Shown here: positions 1-8,916 of the stretch, one piece after another
How positions within the stretch are numbered: position 1 is the first letter of the stretch
How the letters are laid out: each line of letters begins with the position of its first letter
Assembly: GCA_964645485.1 (NCBI GenBank)
Contig: CAZXZO010000011.1
Coordinates: 1 to 55,983 of the forward strand
Reading direction: 5' to 3'
Origin: an uncultured Candidatus Poseidoniales archaeon
GTDB taxonomy: Archaea > Thermoplasmatota > Poseidoniia > Poseidoniales > Thalassarchaeaceae
Length of the DNA: 55,983 nucleotides
The notes under the pieces: generated by a model
Told to the model about the DNA's origin: nothing
Database searches by the model: none
What the model saw: the letters and a program-made list of their open reading frames with translations, nothing else
Made by a program: the position numbers and the translations under genes

Positions 1-215
1 TGCCACCGGGAATGATGCCGCCAGGAGGAATGCCACCGGGAATGATGCCGCCAGGAGGAATGCCACCGGGAATGATGCCTCCGGGGGGAATGCCACCAGG
101 AATGATGCCGCCAGGAATGATGCCGCCGGGGGGAATGCCACCAGGAATGATGCCGCCAGGAGGAATGCCACCGGGACCTATGCCACCGGGAATGATGCCG
201 CCGGGAGGAATGCCA
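1..215 (+). repeat. Imperfect coding tandem repeat (ccaccgggaatgatgccgccaggaggaatg-like) encoding PPGMMPPGGM
   Basis: Directly visible; copies differ mainly at synonymous positions. Confidence 0.9.
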
Positions 216-353
216 CCTTCCGCTGGCCCACCACACGGCCCACCACAAGGTCCACCTCAAGGTCCACCACAGGGACCACCCCAAGGACCCCCTCAAGGAC
301 CGCCACAAGGCTTGGGTACTAAGGAAAAAACCGATGGGGCGAATGCTGAGTGA
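1..353 (+). CDS. 5'-truncated protein, Pro/Gly/Met-rich low-complexity C-terminus
   Basis: Frame of ORF 12..353 stays open to the window edge (cca ccg gga atg). It encodes MPPG repeats then PPQG repeats, and its stop overlaps the next start at 350-353. Confidence 0.75.
   Translation, partial: PPGMMPPGGMPPGMMPPGGMPPGMMPPGGMPPGMMPPGMMPPGGMPPGMMPPGGMPPGPMPPGMMPPGGMPPSAGPPHGPPQGPPQGPPQGPPQGPPQGPPQGLGTKEKTDGANAE
240..311 (+). repeat. 6 x 12-nt coding repeat (PPQG)
   Basis: ccaccacaaggt, ccacctcaaggt, ccaccacaggga, ccaccccaagga, ccccctcaagga, ccgccacaaggc. Confidence 0.9.
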
Positions 354-754
354 ACCAAGAATTGGGGAATTATAGTCATTCCAAACCAATCTATGATGAA
401 TTAGAAGGCCGATTCAAAATATTGAGAATCGTTGCGTTCATGAGATGGATAACTCTTCTTGTTGGCCCAGTTGCGATATTGATAGACGACTACATTCAAC
501 CTTGGCTTTTAGAACAAGGATTGCCATCAATTTTAACGATGGAAGATCTGAGTAAATTTCTTTTCTTAGAAATCTTAGGTCTTTCAAGATATATTGATGA
601 GGAACAATTTCTAGCCCTATATCACCACGTGAACATAGTCTCATGCGCACTTTTCGTAGTGTTTGTTTGTTGGGTAATAATTGCTAAGAAAAGGGCAGTC
701 GTTGCAGCTCGTGACTTGACACTCATGGAAGAAAAAATGAGGGGGAATATTTGA
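350..754 (+). CDS. Hypothetical membrane protein (about 2 TM segments)
   Basis: 134 aa with two hydrophobic stretches; tightly coupled to both neighbours. Confidence 0.7.
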   Translation: MNQELGNYSHSKPIYDELEGRFKILRIVAFMRWITLLVGPVAILIDDYIQPWLLEQGLPSILTMEDLSKFLFLEILGLSRYIDEEQFLALYHHVNIVSCALFVVFVCWVIIAKKRAVVAARDLTLMEEKMRGNI

Positions 755-755
755 G

Positions 756-1022
756 ATGGGAGAATACCTCTTAGAAATTTGTAGCGGACGGGCTGCTTGG
801 ACAGTTCAACCTTCTTCTTCTGAGCCAATTGAATTGGCTGAGGTTGCTGAAAAAATAATTGCTTCAGGCTGGGAATGCACCCTTCAAAATCGATTATGTT
901 ACACTTTTTCAGGATCTGTCAATTTGACACTCTTTCCGAGTGGAAAATTAATGATTAAAACATCAGACCAGGAAATTGCTGACGAAATTGCTAAAACACA
1001 TGTTGAAATTTGGCTCTGTTGA
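756..1022 (+). CDS. Small hypothetical protein, possible TBP-like/helix-grip fold
   Basis: 88 aa, in-operon spacing. ICSGRAAW and LTLFPSGKLMIK resemble the C-terminal domain of some ThiF/MoeB proteins. Confidence 0.6.
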   Translation: MGEYLLEICSGRAAWTVQPSSSEPIELAEVAEKIIASGWECTLQNRLCYTFSGSVNLTLFPSGKLMIKTSDQEIADEIAKTHVEIWLC

Positions 1023-1028
1023 AATCTC

Positions 1029-1694
1029 TTGTTCAACGGTTTGTTTGAAGAGGGGGTGCCACGACGGTCGCCTGTTATGAGCGGGGATGACTCTCATTGG
1101 CAAGCCTTGGTTAATCAGGTCAATCTCGGATTGCCGATTGTTTATCCAACTCCAAATTTACCTGCTCTTGGTTGCAAACCAACTTCCGATGCTTTAGATG
1201 AATTATTTAGATTAAAACAAAGAGGAGATGACATGGTTGTATCTCTCGCTGTTGCTGATTTAGAACAAGCGAGTGGAATTGTTAAGATTCCAGAACAAGC
1301 AAGAAACTTGTTCGAATATTTTCAGCCCTCCACATTGACTCTAATCTTACCAGCACTCAAAACTCTTGACAAGAGAGTTGGAGGTGATTCCATAGCCATC
1401 CGAATCATTGCAACAGGAATTAGTTCTAAACTTCTCAGGGAAGTTGGGCCACTTACTGCCACGAGTGCTAACATTAGTGGAGAGGTTCCTCTTGCAGATT
1501 GTCAGAAGTCTGCTGAGGCATTGGGGATGGGACAGGATGCATTTATCCCTGGAACTTGTTCAAATGAACCACCCACTACCTTGATACGGTGTGATGACTA
1601 CGCCACCCTCATATCGGGTGAGCAATTACAGGTTCTCAGAGAGGGTATCATAAGTCAAAAGGAGGTGAATAGGTGGTCCATGAAGAAGATCTGA
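1029..1694 (+). CDS. sua5: Sua5/YrdC (TsaC) family threonylcarbamoyl-AMP synthase
   Basis: IVYPT, LKQR (KxR) and GPLTATSANISGE motifs; likely real start ATG 1077. Confidence 0.85.
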   Translation: MFNGLFEEGVPRRSPVMSGDDSHWQALVNQVNLGLPIVYPTPNLPALGCKPTSDALDELFRLKQRGDDMVVSLAVADLEQASGIVKIPEQARNLFEYFQPSTLTLILPALKTLDKRVGGDSIAIRIIATGISSKLLREVGPLTATSANISGEVPLADCQKSAEALGMGQDAFIPGTCSNEPPTTLIRCDDYATLISGEQLQVLREGIISQKEVNRWSMKKI

Positions 1695-2686
1695 AAATTT
1701 GGCGCGATGCTGGGCATGTTGCTAACAGAGCATTACAAGCCATCAAAGATGAGATTAAGCCAGGCGTCAGTTGGAATAATGTCATTGAATCCGCAGAGCG
1801 ATACATTCGCCGCCATGGAGGCAAAGCGGCCTTCCCAACTACTATCGCTGTGAATGATATTGCAGCCCATTTCACAACAGATCACAATGAAAATAACCCA
1901 CCTGGTTGGGAACAAGAAATGGTCTTCAAGAAAGGAGATTTAGTTAAACTAGATATCGGGGTCCATGTAAAGGGCGCAATTGGTGATAATGCTCTTACAC
2001 TAGAGGTAGGAAATAGCAACAATCACACCGACCAAATAAAGGCTTCAATAGAGGCTAGGGATGCATCAATCGAGAAGATGCACCCCGGCACACCTTGGCA
2101 CGAAGTGGGGGCCGCTGCACAACAAGCACAAACAGATGCTGGGTTCACACCCATCAGTAATCTCTGCGGCCATCAACTTGAATCTTTCAATTTACACGCA
2201 GGAACATCTGTACCTTCCTACGCTTGTGGTGTAGATAATCCATCATTCAAAGGAGAAGTTCCCCTCGGTGGGATTTTTGCAGTTGAACCATTCAACACCA
2301 CTGGTGAACAGGGATTAATTGAGAATGTCCCGCCTAGAAACTCAAGCAATATTTGGAGAATCACCGGTGATATTTCGGTCAAGAAGGCTTTGGCAAAAAA
2401 CAAATTGAAACCATTAGGCGCAACAATGGCAAGGTATCTCGAAGAACGATATCACCAGTTACCATTTGCTGAAAGATGGGCTTTTCCTTTACTAAAAAAG
2501 CCGTTTCCTAATGAAAATGAAGAAAGCCTACAAAGCAAATGGGATGCGTTGACAAAAAAATTAATCAACATCAGATTCCTTGAAACTTACCACATGTTGA
2601 AATGTGCTGATGGCGGATTAATCAGTCAATATGAGCATACGGTATGGATTGCTCCTGGCGGGGCTGAAATCCTTACAATTCAATAA
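1673..2686 (+). CDS. map: Type II methionine aminopeptidase
   Basis: AAHFT, KLDIGVH, GDNA, GHQL, HAG, EPF and QYEHTV metal ligands plus the helical insert; GTG start preceded by GGAGGTGA. Confidence 0.95.
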   Translation: MVHEEDLKIWRDAGHVANRALQAIKDEIKPGVSWNNVIESAERYIRRHGGKAAFPTTIAVNDIAAHFTTDHNENNPPGWEQEMVFKKGDLVKLDIGVHVKGAIGDNALTLEVGNSNNHTDQIKASIEARDASIEKMHPGTPWHEVGAAAQQAQTDAGFTPISNLCGHQLESFNLHAGTSVPSYACGVDNPSFKGEVPLGGIFAVEPFNTTGEQGLIENVPPRNSSNIWRITGDISVKKALAKNKLKPLGATMARYLEERYHQLPFAERWAFPLLKKPFPNENEESLQSKWDALTKKLINIRFLETYHMLKCADGGLISQYEHTVWIAPGGAEILTIQ

Positions 2687-3124
2687 GTTATATTCCCAAA
2701 ATAACAGCCTCACAATGGTGAAATCGGAATATCTACTATTGAAAACGATTTTATGCCATCACCCCAAGGGCTATTGTGAACAGGGCCGTTGAGTGTTCTT
2801 CGTCGAGTGTGCATCCCATCCCCTCTACGTATACCTCTCTCCCTGTTCACCTTTCAGTTTAGACGGATGGGCTGAGCCATACATTTTAGCCACCTGGCAA
2901 CTTAATCTTCATTAGAAATAAATAATTCGTGAGTGAAAGCCTACAAAATAATTGTACTAGTGGGAGGATGTTATATTTTCAGCCGTGATACTCTAAATTA
3001 CCATATAACATTAGACCAGTGGTGCGTTTAGGAATGGGCGTCTCGCGATTCAATCCGGCAGTTACCTTAATATCAATAGGCGTCATAGGCGAAGTTACCC
3101 CCGCTGGGGGAATGAGGACTAAAA

Positions 3125-3622
3125 ATGATGAAGAACGAGAAGAATGAGCAGGCAGTCAGCCCGGTTATCGCAACCATCCTAATGGTAGCAATCACCGTCG
3201 TGTTGGCCGGAGTACTGTACGTGTGGGCAAACAGCCTAGCAAGCGAGGGAACAGATACCTCAGCTAGCACACTGAACACCTACACAGCAGATGACGCAGA
3301 TGACGCAGCAAACGATGCAGCTGGTGGAGCAGACACACTGATCCGCATGCAGATGACTGGTAAGGATGACCTAGCATGGTCATTCGTTAAGGTCACACTA
3401 AGTGTCGGTGACAACATCTACACATGCAGCGTAACAGCAGGCGATGACTGTACTATCAGCCAATCCGCTGGCAGTAACGACAACGCATGGGAACCTGGGG
3501 AGTACATCTTCCTAAGTGAAGGAACAGCAGAAATCTGCAGTGCACAAGGCTGTGACGTCGGTATCTCCGTAACAAACGGTGGCCACACAGTTGCTGGTGA
3601 TACCAGCCAGATGGTTAACTGA
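3125..3622 (+). CDS. Archaeal type IV pilin (class III signal peptide)
   Basis: Short charged leader followed by A/VSPVIATILMVAITVVLAGVLYVW, the typical archaeal pilin N-terminus. Confidence 0.92.
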   Translation: MMKNEKNEQAVSPVIATILMVAITVVLAGVLYVWANSLASEGTDTSASTLNTYTADDADDAANDAAGGADTLIRMQMTGKDDLAWSFVKVTLSVGDNIYTCSVTAGDDCTISQSAGSNDNAWEPGEYIFLSEGTAEICSAQGCDVGISVTNGGHTVAGDTSQMVN

Positions 3623-3667
3623 GCGCTGAAAAGCTGTTCAAGTAGAAAACACAAGTAATGCAAACAC

Positions 3668-3717
3668 GGTCCTCGTTGGGTCGCCTTCGGGCGGGTCAAC
3701 GAGGGCCATTTTTTTTT
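3668..3717 (+). terminator. Hairpin with UUCG loop plus T9 tract after the pilin gene
   Basis: ggtcctcgtt-gggtcgcc-TTCG-ggcgggtc-aacgagggcc, then a and nine T. Confidence 0.75.
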
Positions 3718-3794
3718 GGAAAAATTTCACACACTAGTGGATTGATGCTGTGTGCTCAAGTCTTGAATCGTGTATTTTGTAATGGTTCAATTGT

Positions 3795-5057
3795 TCACTG
3801 TAATTGGTCATAACGATGAATTGATTCTCGAATCTCCTGAATAGGTTTCCATATATGTGACTTCAAACGGAATACAATCCTAAGATGTACCCACACAAGA
3901 ATAGCCATTGAATGAATAAAAGAAGTTAACGCGTTCATAGGCCGCATGTGTTTTGTCCTTAAGACCAGAACAGAAATTGGAGGGGAAAGTGCTACAAGGA
4001 GCAGAGACAAATTTAGTAACGCAACACTGAGAGTGAAAACAGTCCATTGCTGTAGATTTAGAGCCACAGACAATAGTGCGCCAACACCACATGCTAGAGA
4101 TGCGATAACAAGGGCTGGCATTTTGATATGTACGTAAAACAGAGTTCGCATTGTCATTCGCATTGGTGCTCCCATTTTCTTTGAGAACATTAAATCTGAA
4201 TTGCGCCAAAGATGACGCACGAGCCCTTGGGCTCGCCGCATCCTTTGGCTATGAATCGCCCCAAGTGAATGGGGCACGGCTTCATAAAAATGTAAATCAG
4301 GATCATGGATTGCTCGCAAACCCTGGCGGCGGGCTTCAACTGCTAGTTGGGAATCGTCTGCGTTGGAATCTGCTACAACACCTGCGTTGATTGCTTTACG
4401 ACTGTAAGCGGCAAGAGAGCCCTCAAAAATAGGTGTTGAATCTAAACGACTTTCCGCTTCTCTGACACGGTTGTAGTAAGAACGATACGCATTAGATTTT
4501 AACATCGGTTTGCCATGTTCATCAATTGGTTGCTGCTGCCCACAAACTGCGCCAATTTCTGGATTCAAAAACCAACGCCCAATTCTCTCCAAAGAATTCA
4601 CCGCCAAGCGTGAGTCTGCATCAGTCAGAACTACCACTTCACTTTCAGCATGGGATTCAGCTAAGCCTAGATTTACTGCTGCAGATTTTCCAGCAACACT
4701 AGTTGTTGAGAGAAGTCGGACAAGTGGTCCAAACTCGGGGGCATTAGAAATCCAATCTTCAACAACATGCATGGTTCTATCAGATGAGCCTGTGTCGATT
4801 ACTAAAACCTCAAGTAACTCTCTTGGGTATTGTTTACTCGCTAAGTCTGACAATTTACCTGCAATTACCAATTCTTCATCGCGCACACATATAATCACAG
4901 TCATTCTAGGGAGTGGTGCCTCAACTTGTTGTGGAAATGTCGGTAATGCGTGCTTAGTAAGCCATTTTCGAGAAAACCAATCTTGTAGAAGCAAAGGCAA
5001 AATAGCGACAGAACCGAGGCCAATTTCTGCCATAATCAGCCATTCGGTTGGTGTCAT
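3795..5057 (-). CDS. Family 2 glycosyltransferase, membrane-embedded (cellulose synthase/PgaC-like)
   Basis: N-terminal TM, VIDTGSSD, GKSAAVN, LTDADS, DDSQL, QRMRR (QxxRW variant), C-terminal TMs. Confidence 0.9.
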   Translation of the reverse strand: MTPTEWLIMAEIGLGSVAILPLLLQDWFSRKWLTKHALPTFPQQVEAPLPRMTVIICVRDEELVIAGKLSDLASKQYPRELLEVLVIDTGSSDRTMHVVEDWISNAPEFGPLVRLLSTTSVAGKSAAVNLGLAESHAESEVVVLTDADSRLAVNSLERIGRWFLNPEIGAVCGQQQPIDEHGKPMLKSNAYRSYYNRVREAESRLDSTPIFEGSLAAYSRKAINAGVVADSNADDSQLAVEARRQGLRAIHDPDLHFYEAVPHSLGAIHSQRMRRAQGLVRHLWRNSDLMFSKKMGAPMRMTMRTLFYVHIKMPALVIASLACGVGALLSVALNLQQWTVFTLSVALLNLSLLLVALSPPISVLVLRTKHMRPMNALTSFIHSMAILVWVHLRIVFRLKSHIWKPIQEIRESIHRYDQLQ

Positions 5058-5068
5058 TCTATAAACTC

Positions 5069-6202
5069 CTAAATCGAATTTTCATAAAGTTCTGCCCACT
5101 GTTTACCTAGTTTTTCTGGCGTCTGAGAGGTGACAGAGTCGGGGCCGGCGGCAGCCATTTTTTCCCAACAATTAGAATCATTGAGTACATCCTCAATGGT
5201 ATCAGCCCATTCATTAGTTTCTAAATTTTCAACGATGACCCCACCATCACCCAATATTCCTTGACAAGAAGGAGAAGCCATCACTGGTAAGCCACATGAA
5301 AGGGCTTCCATGGCTGCCACCGGCATTCCCTCGTAATCTGATGGTATCAACAGTAGACCTGCGGTTGTAAGTAACTCATCTTTCTGCTCACCAGACAACC
5401 AGCCTCGGGCATGTATTCCTTGCTCCCCGCCCAACTCCCCAACCCACTTATGGTTAGGTGAAACTCCTGAAAGGTGAAGATTTACATCGTGACCACGGGT
5501 TCGCAATTCTTGTGTGACTTTAATTGCCAATTGATGGCCTTTGATAGGTGAAGGACGGGCAAGCAATATCATCAGTTTTGGGTCACGGTTTGATGTTTTT
5601 ATCCTCCTTATTGGAGGGGCAGGAGAGCCGATAACCTGCAATTTTTCCAAACCTATTTCCTTTTTATGACGGGGGGTTAGGGCAACGGGTGTTACTAAGG
5701 GGTGGGATGAAATCTTAAAAAAATCAGTTTTAACAGCGTTTGAATTTTGTAGAAATCTGTTGAAATTTCCAGCGTGGATTTGTAATATAACTGGTACCTT
5801 TGCATTAATGCACATTTTTGTTGCTCGAATTTTTCTCCACCATGAGTAACTGGTAGCAGTGTGGATGTGGACAACATCGGGTGGGTCATTTTTTAGTCTA
5901 GATTTCAGTTCTTTCTTAGCCTTGCACCAGGCATTGATTTTTGCTACTGGTGAACCATCAACATGAGTGTTGATTGATTCAGTAATCCAATCTACTGGAG
6001 GATGTTTCAGATGATGCCTTATTGTCGCCTGCATGCCACCTCGACTTTCAACTGGTCCGACATGTAAGACTCGCTTCAACCCGACCACCTTTGATGTGGG
6101 AGAGATGGAGCAACGATATAGGAGTCGGCATTTCGGGCAAATGTGAAACTTCTCTGGGTGACAGCAAAGCGGCTTGGCAAAGACCTTGCCAGCACTACTC
6201 AA
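5069..6202 (-). CDS. Family 4 glycosyltransferase
   Basis: GG loop, HIHTA, PSDYEGMPVAAMEALSCGLPV (EX7E). Likely start TTG at 6079 after AGGTGG. Confidence 0.9.
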   Translation of the reverse strand: MSSAGKVFAKPLCCHPEKFHICPKCRLLYRCSISPTSKVVGLKRVLHVGPVESRGGMQATIRHHLKHPPVDWITESINTHVDGSPVAKINAWCKAKKELKSRLKNDPPDVVHIHTATSYSWWRKIRATKMCINAKVPVILQIHAGNFNRFLQNSNAVKTDFFKISSHPLVTPVALTPRHKKEIGLEKLQVIGSPAPPIRRIKTSNRDPKLMILLARPSPIKGHQLAIKVTQELRTRGHDVNLHLSGVSPNHKWVGELGGEQGIHARGWLSGEQKDELLTTAGLLLIPSDYEGMPVAAMEALSCGLPVMASPSCQGILGDGGVIVENLETNEWADTIEDVLNDSNCWEKMAAAGPDSVTSQTPEKLGKQWAELYENSI

Positions 6203-7282
6203 TTAGCAGTCACAAAGTCGTTGGCCGAGCGCGGTTGGGAAATCACAATCGTTGCACCAAAAGGTATTGTATCTCAGGAAAGTAGTGTCTCAAATGAATT
6301 TGGAGGTGGAGAAACAAGCCCCATTCATACTTTTTTCGAAGTAAAAAGGTCTCCAAAACCAGGGTTGGGTTGGCTAACCTTCGCCAAGAGTTTGAAAGGT
6401 CAGTTACCAGATGTCTTGAACGGACAAGATTTTGATGTTGCGTTAGTGGAATGGCAGGCGGTGGCAGGGTCGCATAAGGCACTAACCCAAGCCAATATTC
6501 CATGGCTACTTGTAGACAGAAGCCCACCGGTTTTCCGCTCTTTAGTTGGACGACTTCAATGGTTTGAATATCGCCGAGCATACAAATTGGCCCACAAGAA
6601 TAGAGTTGCAGGTTTGGTGCCAAACTCACAAGCAATGACTGATTGGCTTCGTCAGCAAAACCGAATTATTGAACCTGTGACCATACTAGAAGCAGGGGTT
6701 GATGTTGCAAGATTTGAACCTTCAATATTTGAAGGGAAACCTACAATTGTTCACCACGGACAACTCGATAAAGAAAGAAAAATAATGCGATTAGTTGAGA
6801 TTGGCTCACTCATTGCTGAAAGAGGAATTGATTTCGAAATGAAAATTGCTGGGACTGGTAATTGTTTATCAAAATTACAAAAAAAAGCCGCCCAACATAA
6901 ATGGTTGGAGGTTTTAGGGCCTTTATCATCAGACCAAATACCGCAATTTCTCAAACGCGGCCACCTGGCTTTATTCCCTCTCCCTGATGGTGAAATATGG
7001 AGTTTAGCAAGCCCGCTGAAAGTACGTGAATGGGCTGCTGCTGGCTTGCCGATGATTCTCTCAGACATCCCTCCACACCGCTCAATTGGAGATGGTAATT
7101 GGGTATATCTTGTTGACCATGATGCACCATTGGAGAACTGGGTTAACCAAGTAGAAGAATTACTGAAAGCAGATCTTGTTAGCATTGGAAAAGAGGCTAG
7201 AATTGCCGCTGAAAATGAGTTTGATTGGAAACGAACCACTGAATCTCTTCACCTGAAACTTTCTGAATTGGCGGGTCTTTGA
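6143..7282 (+). CDS. Family 4 glycosyltransferase
   Basis: GVDVARF, HHGQLDKER, ASPLKVREWAAAGLPMILSD; GTG start. Confidence 0.88.
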   Translation: MKLLWVTAKRLGKDLASTTQLAVTKSLAERGWEITIVAPKGIVSQESSVSNEFGGGETSPIHTFFEVKRSPKPGLGWLTFAKSLKGQLPDVLNGQDFDVALVEWQAVAGSHKALTQANIPWLLVDRSPPVFRSLVGRLQWFEYRRAYKLAHKNRVAGLVPNSQAMTDWLRQQNRIIEPVTILEAGVDVARFEPSIFEGKPTIVHHGQLDKERKIMRLVEIGSLIAERGIDFEMKIAGTGNCLSKLQKKAAQHKWLEVLGPLSSDQIPQFLKRGHLALFPLPDGEIWSLASPLKVREWAAAGLPMILSDIPPHRSIGDGNWVYLVDHDAPLENWVNQVEELLKADLVSIGKEARIAAENEFDWKRTTESLHLKLSELAGL

Positions 7283-8566
7283 ATGACTGAGAAAGAAGAG
7301 TTTCCTGAACGAAAAGTTGCACCTCATAGGGACACACTTTGGTTGTCTGGGGCTGATGCGAGTAACCTAGTGTTTGGAGTCATAATCCATGTAGTGTTGA
7401 CGAGAGCACTTCTTAGCGATGACTATGGAACATTCGTGTTACTGCTCGACTTTTTCCACGTTTGTGTTATTCTTGTAGACCTTGGACTCCCCACCCTTAT
7501 TGCACGTGATGGTGGTAGACTTGGTAGTAAGTTAAGTGACCTAACTGGGAGAGTAGTTTCTTTTCAATTTCCACTAATGATAATGCTTGGGTTAACCGGT
7601 GCTTATGTTGGCGTGATGTTGTTTGGAGGCTGGTTGGTGCCAGCGTTTCTTCTCGCCATCGCTGCTGGACTTCAGGTTGTCACCTATTCTCTAAGGGCTG
7701 GGATGCGTTCACTTGGTGAAGCGAGATGGGAAGCAATTGTTCGGGTTGTTGATAGAGGCGTTGTCGCCTTTCTAATGATAAGTTGGGCAAATGGTACTGT
7801 TGAACAATTTGCCCAAGCAACTCTGTTTGGACCAATTGTTGCCTTTGCAATCACCTTGATAGTTTGGCTTCGAAAAATCAAACCTCGTTTGCAAGAAGCA
7901 AAACAACCACTGCCTGAAATCTACGGCATGAATATGAAAGAGTTAGTTAACAGTGGATTGCCGTTCCTGTTTGCATCTGCAGCCTTAGTTATCAATGTAA
8001 GAATAGAGAAATTGTTGTTAGGAATGTTAGCGACTCCAGAGGATGTGGCTGTATTCCAAATTGCTTGGCTTGGCTTTATTGCTGGATATGGCCCAATCCT
8101 TTCACTGAGGGCTGTTTTGTTATCATGGTTTGGCGAGGTTCGAGATGACTTGGAAAAATTGACTCACCGCTACAAGAGGGCTTTGTTTGCTTGTGCAATC
8201 TTAAGCCCAATCGGTGCTGGAATTGGAATTATAATCGGTCCATTCGCATTTGAAAATCTGTTCCCAGATTACGCCAATGTGGTGTCCAAACCATTTCTTG
8301 GATTTCTATTTGCTTGGGTTTTTCATGCAATGGCAAGTCCATCTCTTTCTTTAATCCAAGTAAGTGAAAAACCTTGGAACTACACTAGGATTCTCTGGGT
8401 TGGAATTGTAGCAAGCGTTGTCGCTTCCTTCTATCTAATTCCTACTCAACCTAGTGCAGTAGTTGGAGCAACTATTGCCGCGGCTTTTGCCTCTCTAGTC
8501 GTCTTGGCTTTAGCCTACACTGGAGCGGGAATAGAAAAACTGGAGTCCAAGACGCTGAATGATTGA
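7283..8566 (+). CDS. Oligosaccharide/polysaccharide flippase (Wzx-like)
   Basis: About 12 hydrophobic segments; VLTRALLSDDYG and LVDLGLPTLIAR patterns; directly follows a GT gene. Confidence 0.85.
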   Translation: MTEKEEFPERKVAPHRDTLWLSGADASNLVFGVIIHVVLTRALLSDDYGTFVLLLDFFHVCVILVDLGLPTLIARDGGRLGSKLSDLTGRVVSFQFPLMIMLGLTGAYVGVMLFGGWLVPAFLLAIAAGLQVVTYSLRAGMRSLGEARWEAIVRVVDRGVVAFLMISWANGTVEQFAQATLFGPIVAFAITLIVWLRKIKPRLQEAKQPLPEIYGMNMKELVNSGLPFLFASAALVINVRIEKLLLGMLATPEDVAVFQIAWLGFIAGYGPILSLRAVLLSWFGEVRDDLEKLTHRYKRALFACAILSPIGAGIGIIIGPFAFENLFPDYANVVSKPFLGFLFAWVFHAMASPSLSLIQVSEKPWNYTRILWVGIVASVVASFYLIPTQPSAVVGATIAAAFASLVVLALAYTGAGIEKLESKTLND

Positions 8567-8590
8567 GTTCACTCCACAATCGGTTTTGAA

Positions 8591-8914
8591 TTAAGCGCCT
8601 TCAGCAAGCATTTCTTGAAGTTCGCCTGATTCAAACATCTCTAGAGCAATATCCGAGCCACCGATAAGTTCGCCATCAATGAAACATTGTGGCATTGTTG
8701 GCCAATCTGACCAGTCACAAACTGATGGAATTGCTCTTGGGTCGGATAGGATATTGACGGAGACAAATGGCATCTCCAATTGTTGAAACACCATTGCAGC
8801 GCGAGCGGAAAAACCACATTGTGGTTGTTCTGGTGTTCCCTTCATGAAAAGAACTAATCTGTTCCCATCAACAATTTCCTGTAATTCATCTGCTGTCCAA
8901 TTAAATTCTGTCAT
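8591..8914 (-). CDS. grxD: Monothiol glutaredoxin (Grx4, CGFS type)
   Basis: LFMKGTPEQPQCGFS, WPTMPQ, IGGSD. Confidence 0.95.
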   Translation of the reverse strand: MTEFNWTADELQEIVDGNRLVLFMKGTPEQPQCGFSARAAMVFQQLEMPFVSVNILSDPRAIPSVCDWSDWPTMPQCFIDGELIGGSDIALEMFESGELQEMLAEGA

Positions 8915-8916
8915 CT

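Noticed and set aside
1-311. Short regular repeats as a possible CRISPR array
   Set aside because: No unique spacers, repeats stay in frame with synonymous variation, and no cas genes are present.
2750-2820. 22-aa minus-strand ORF (MGCTLDEEHST...) after a purine-rich tract
   Set aside because: Too short, with no supporting features.
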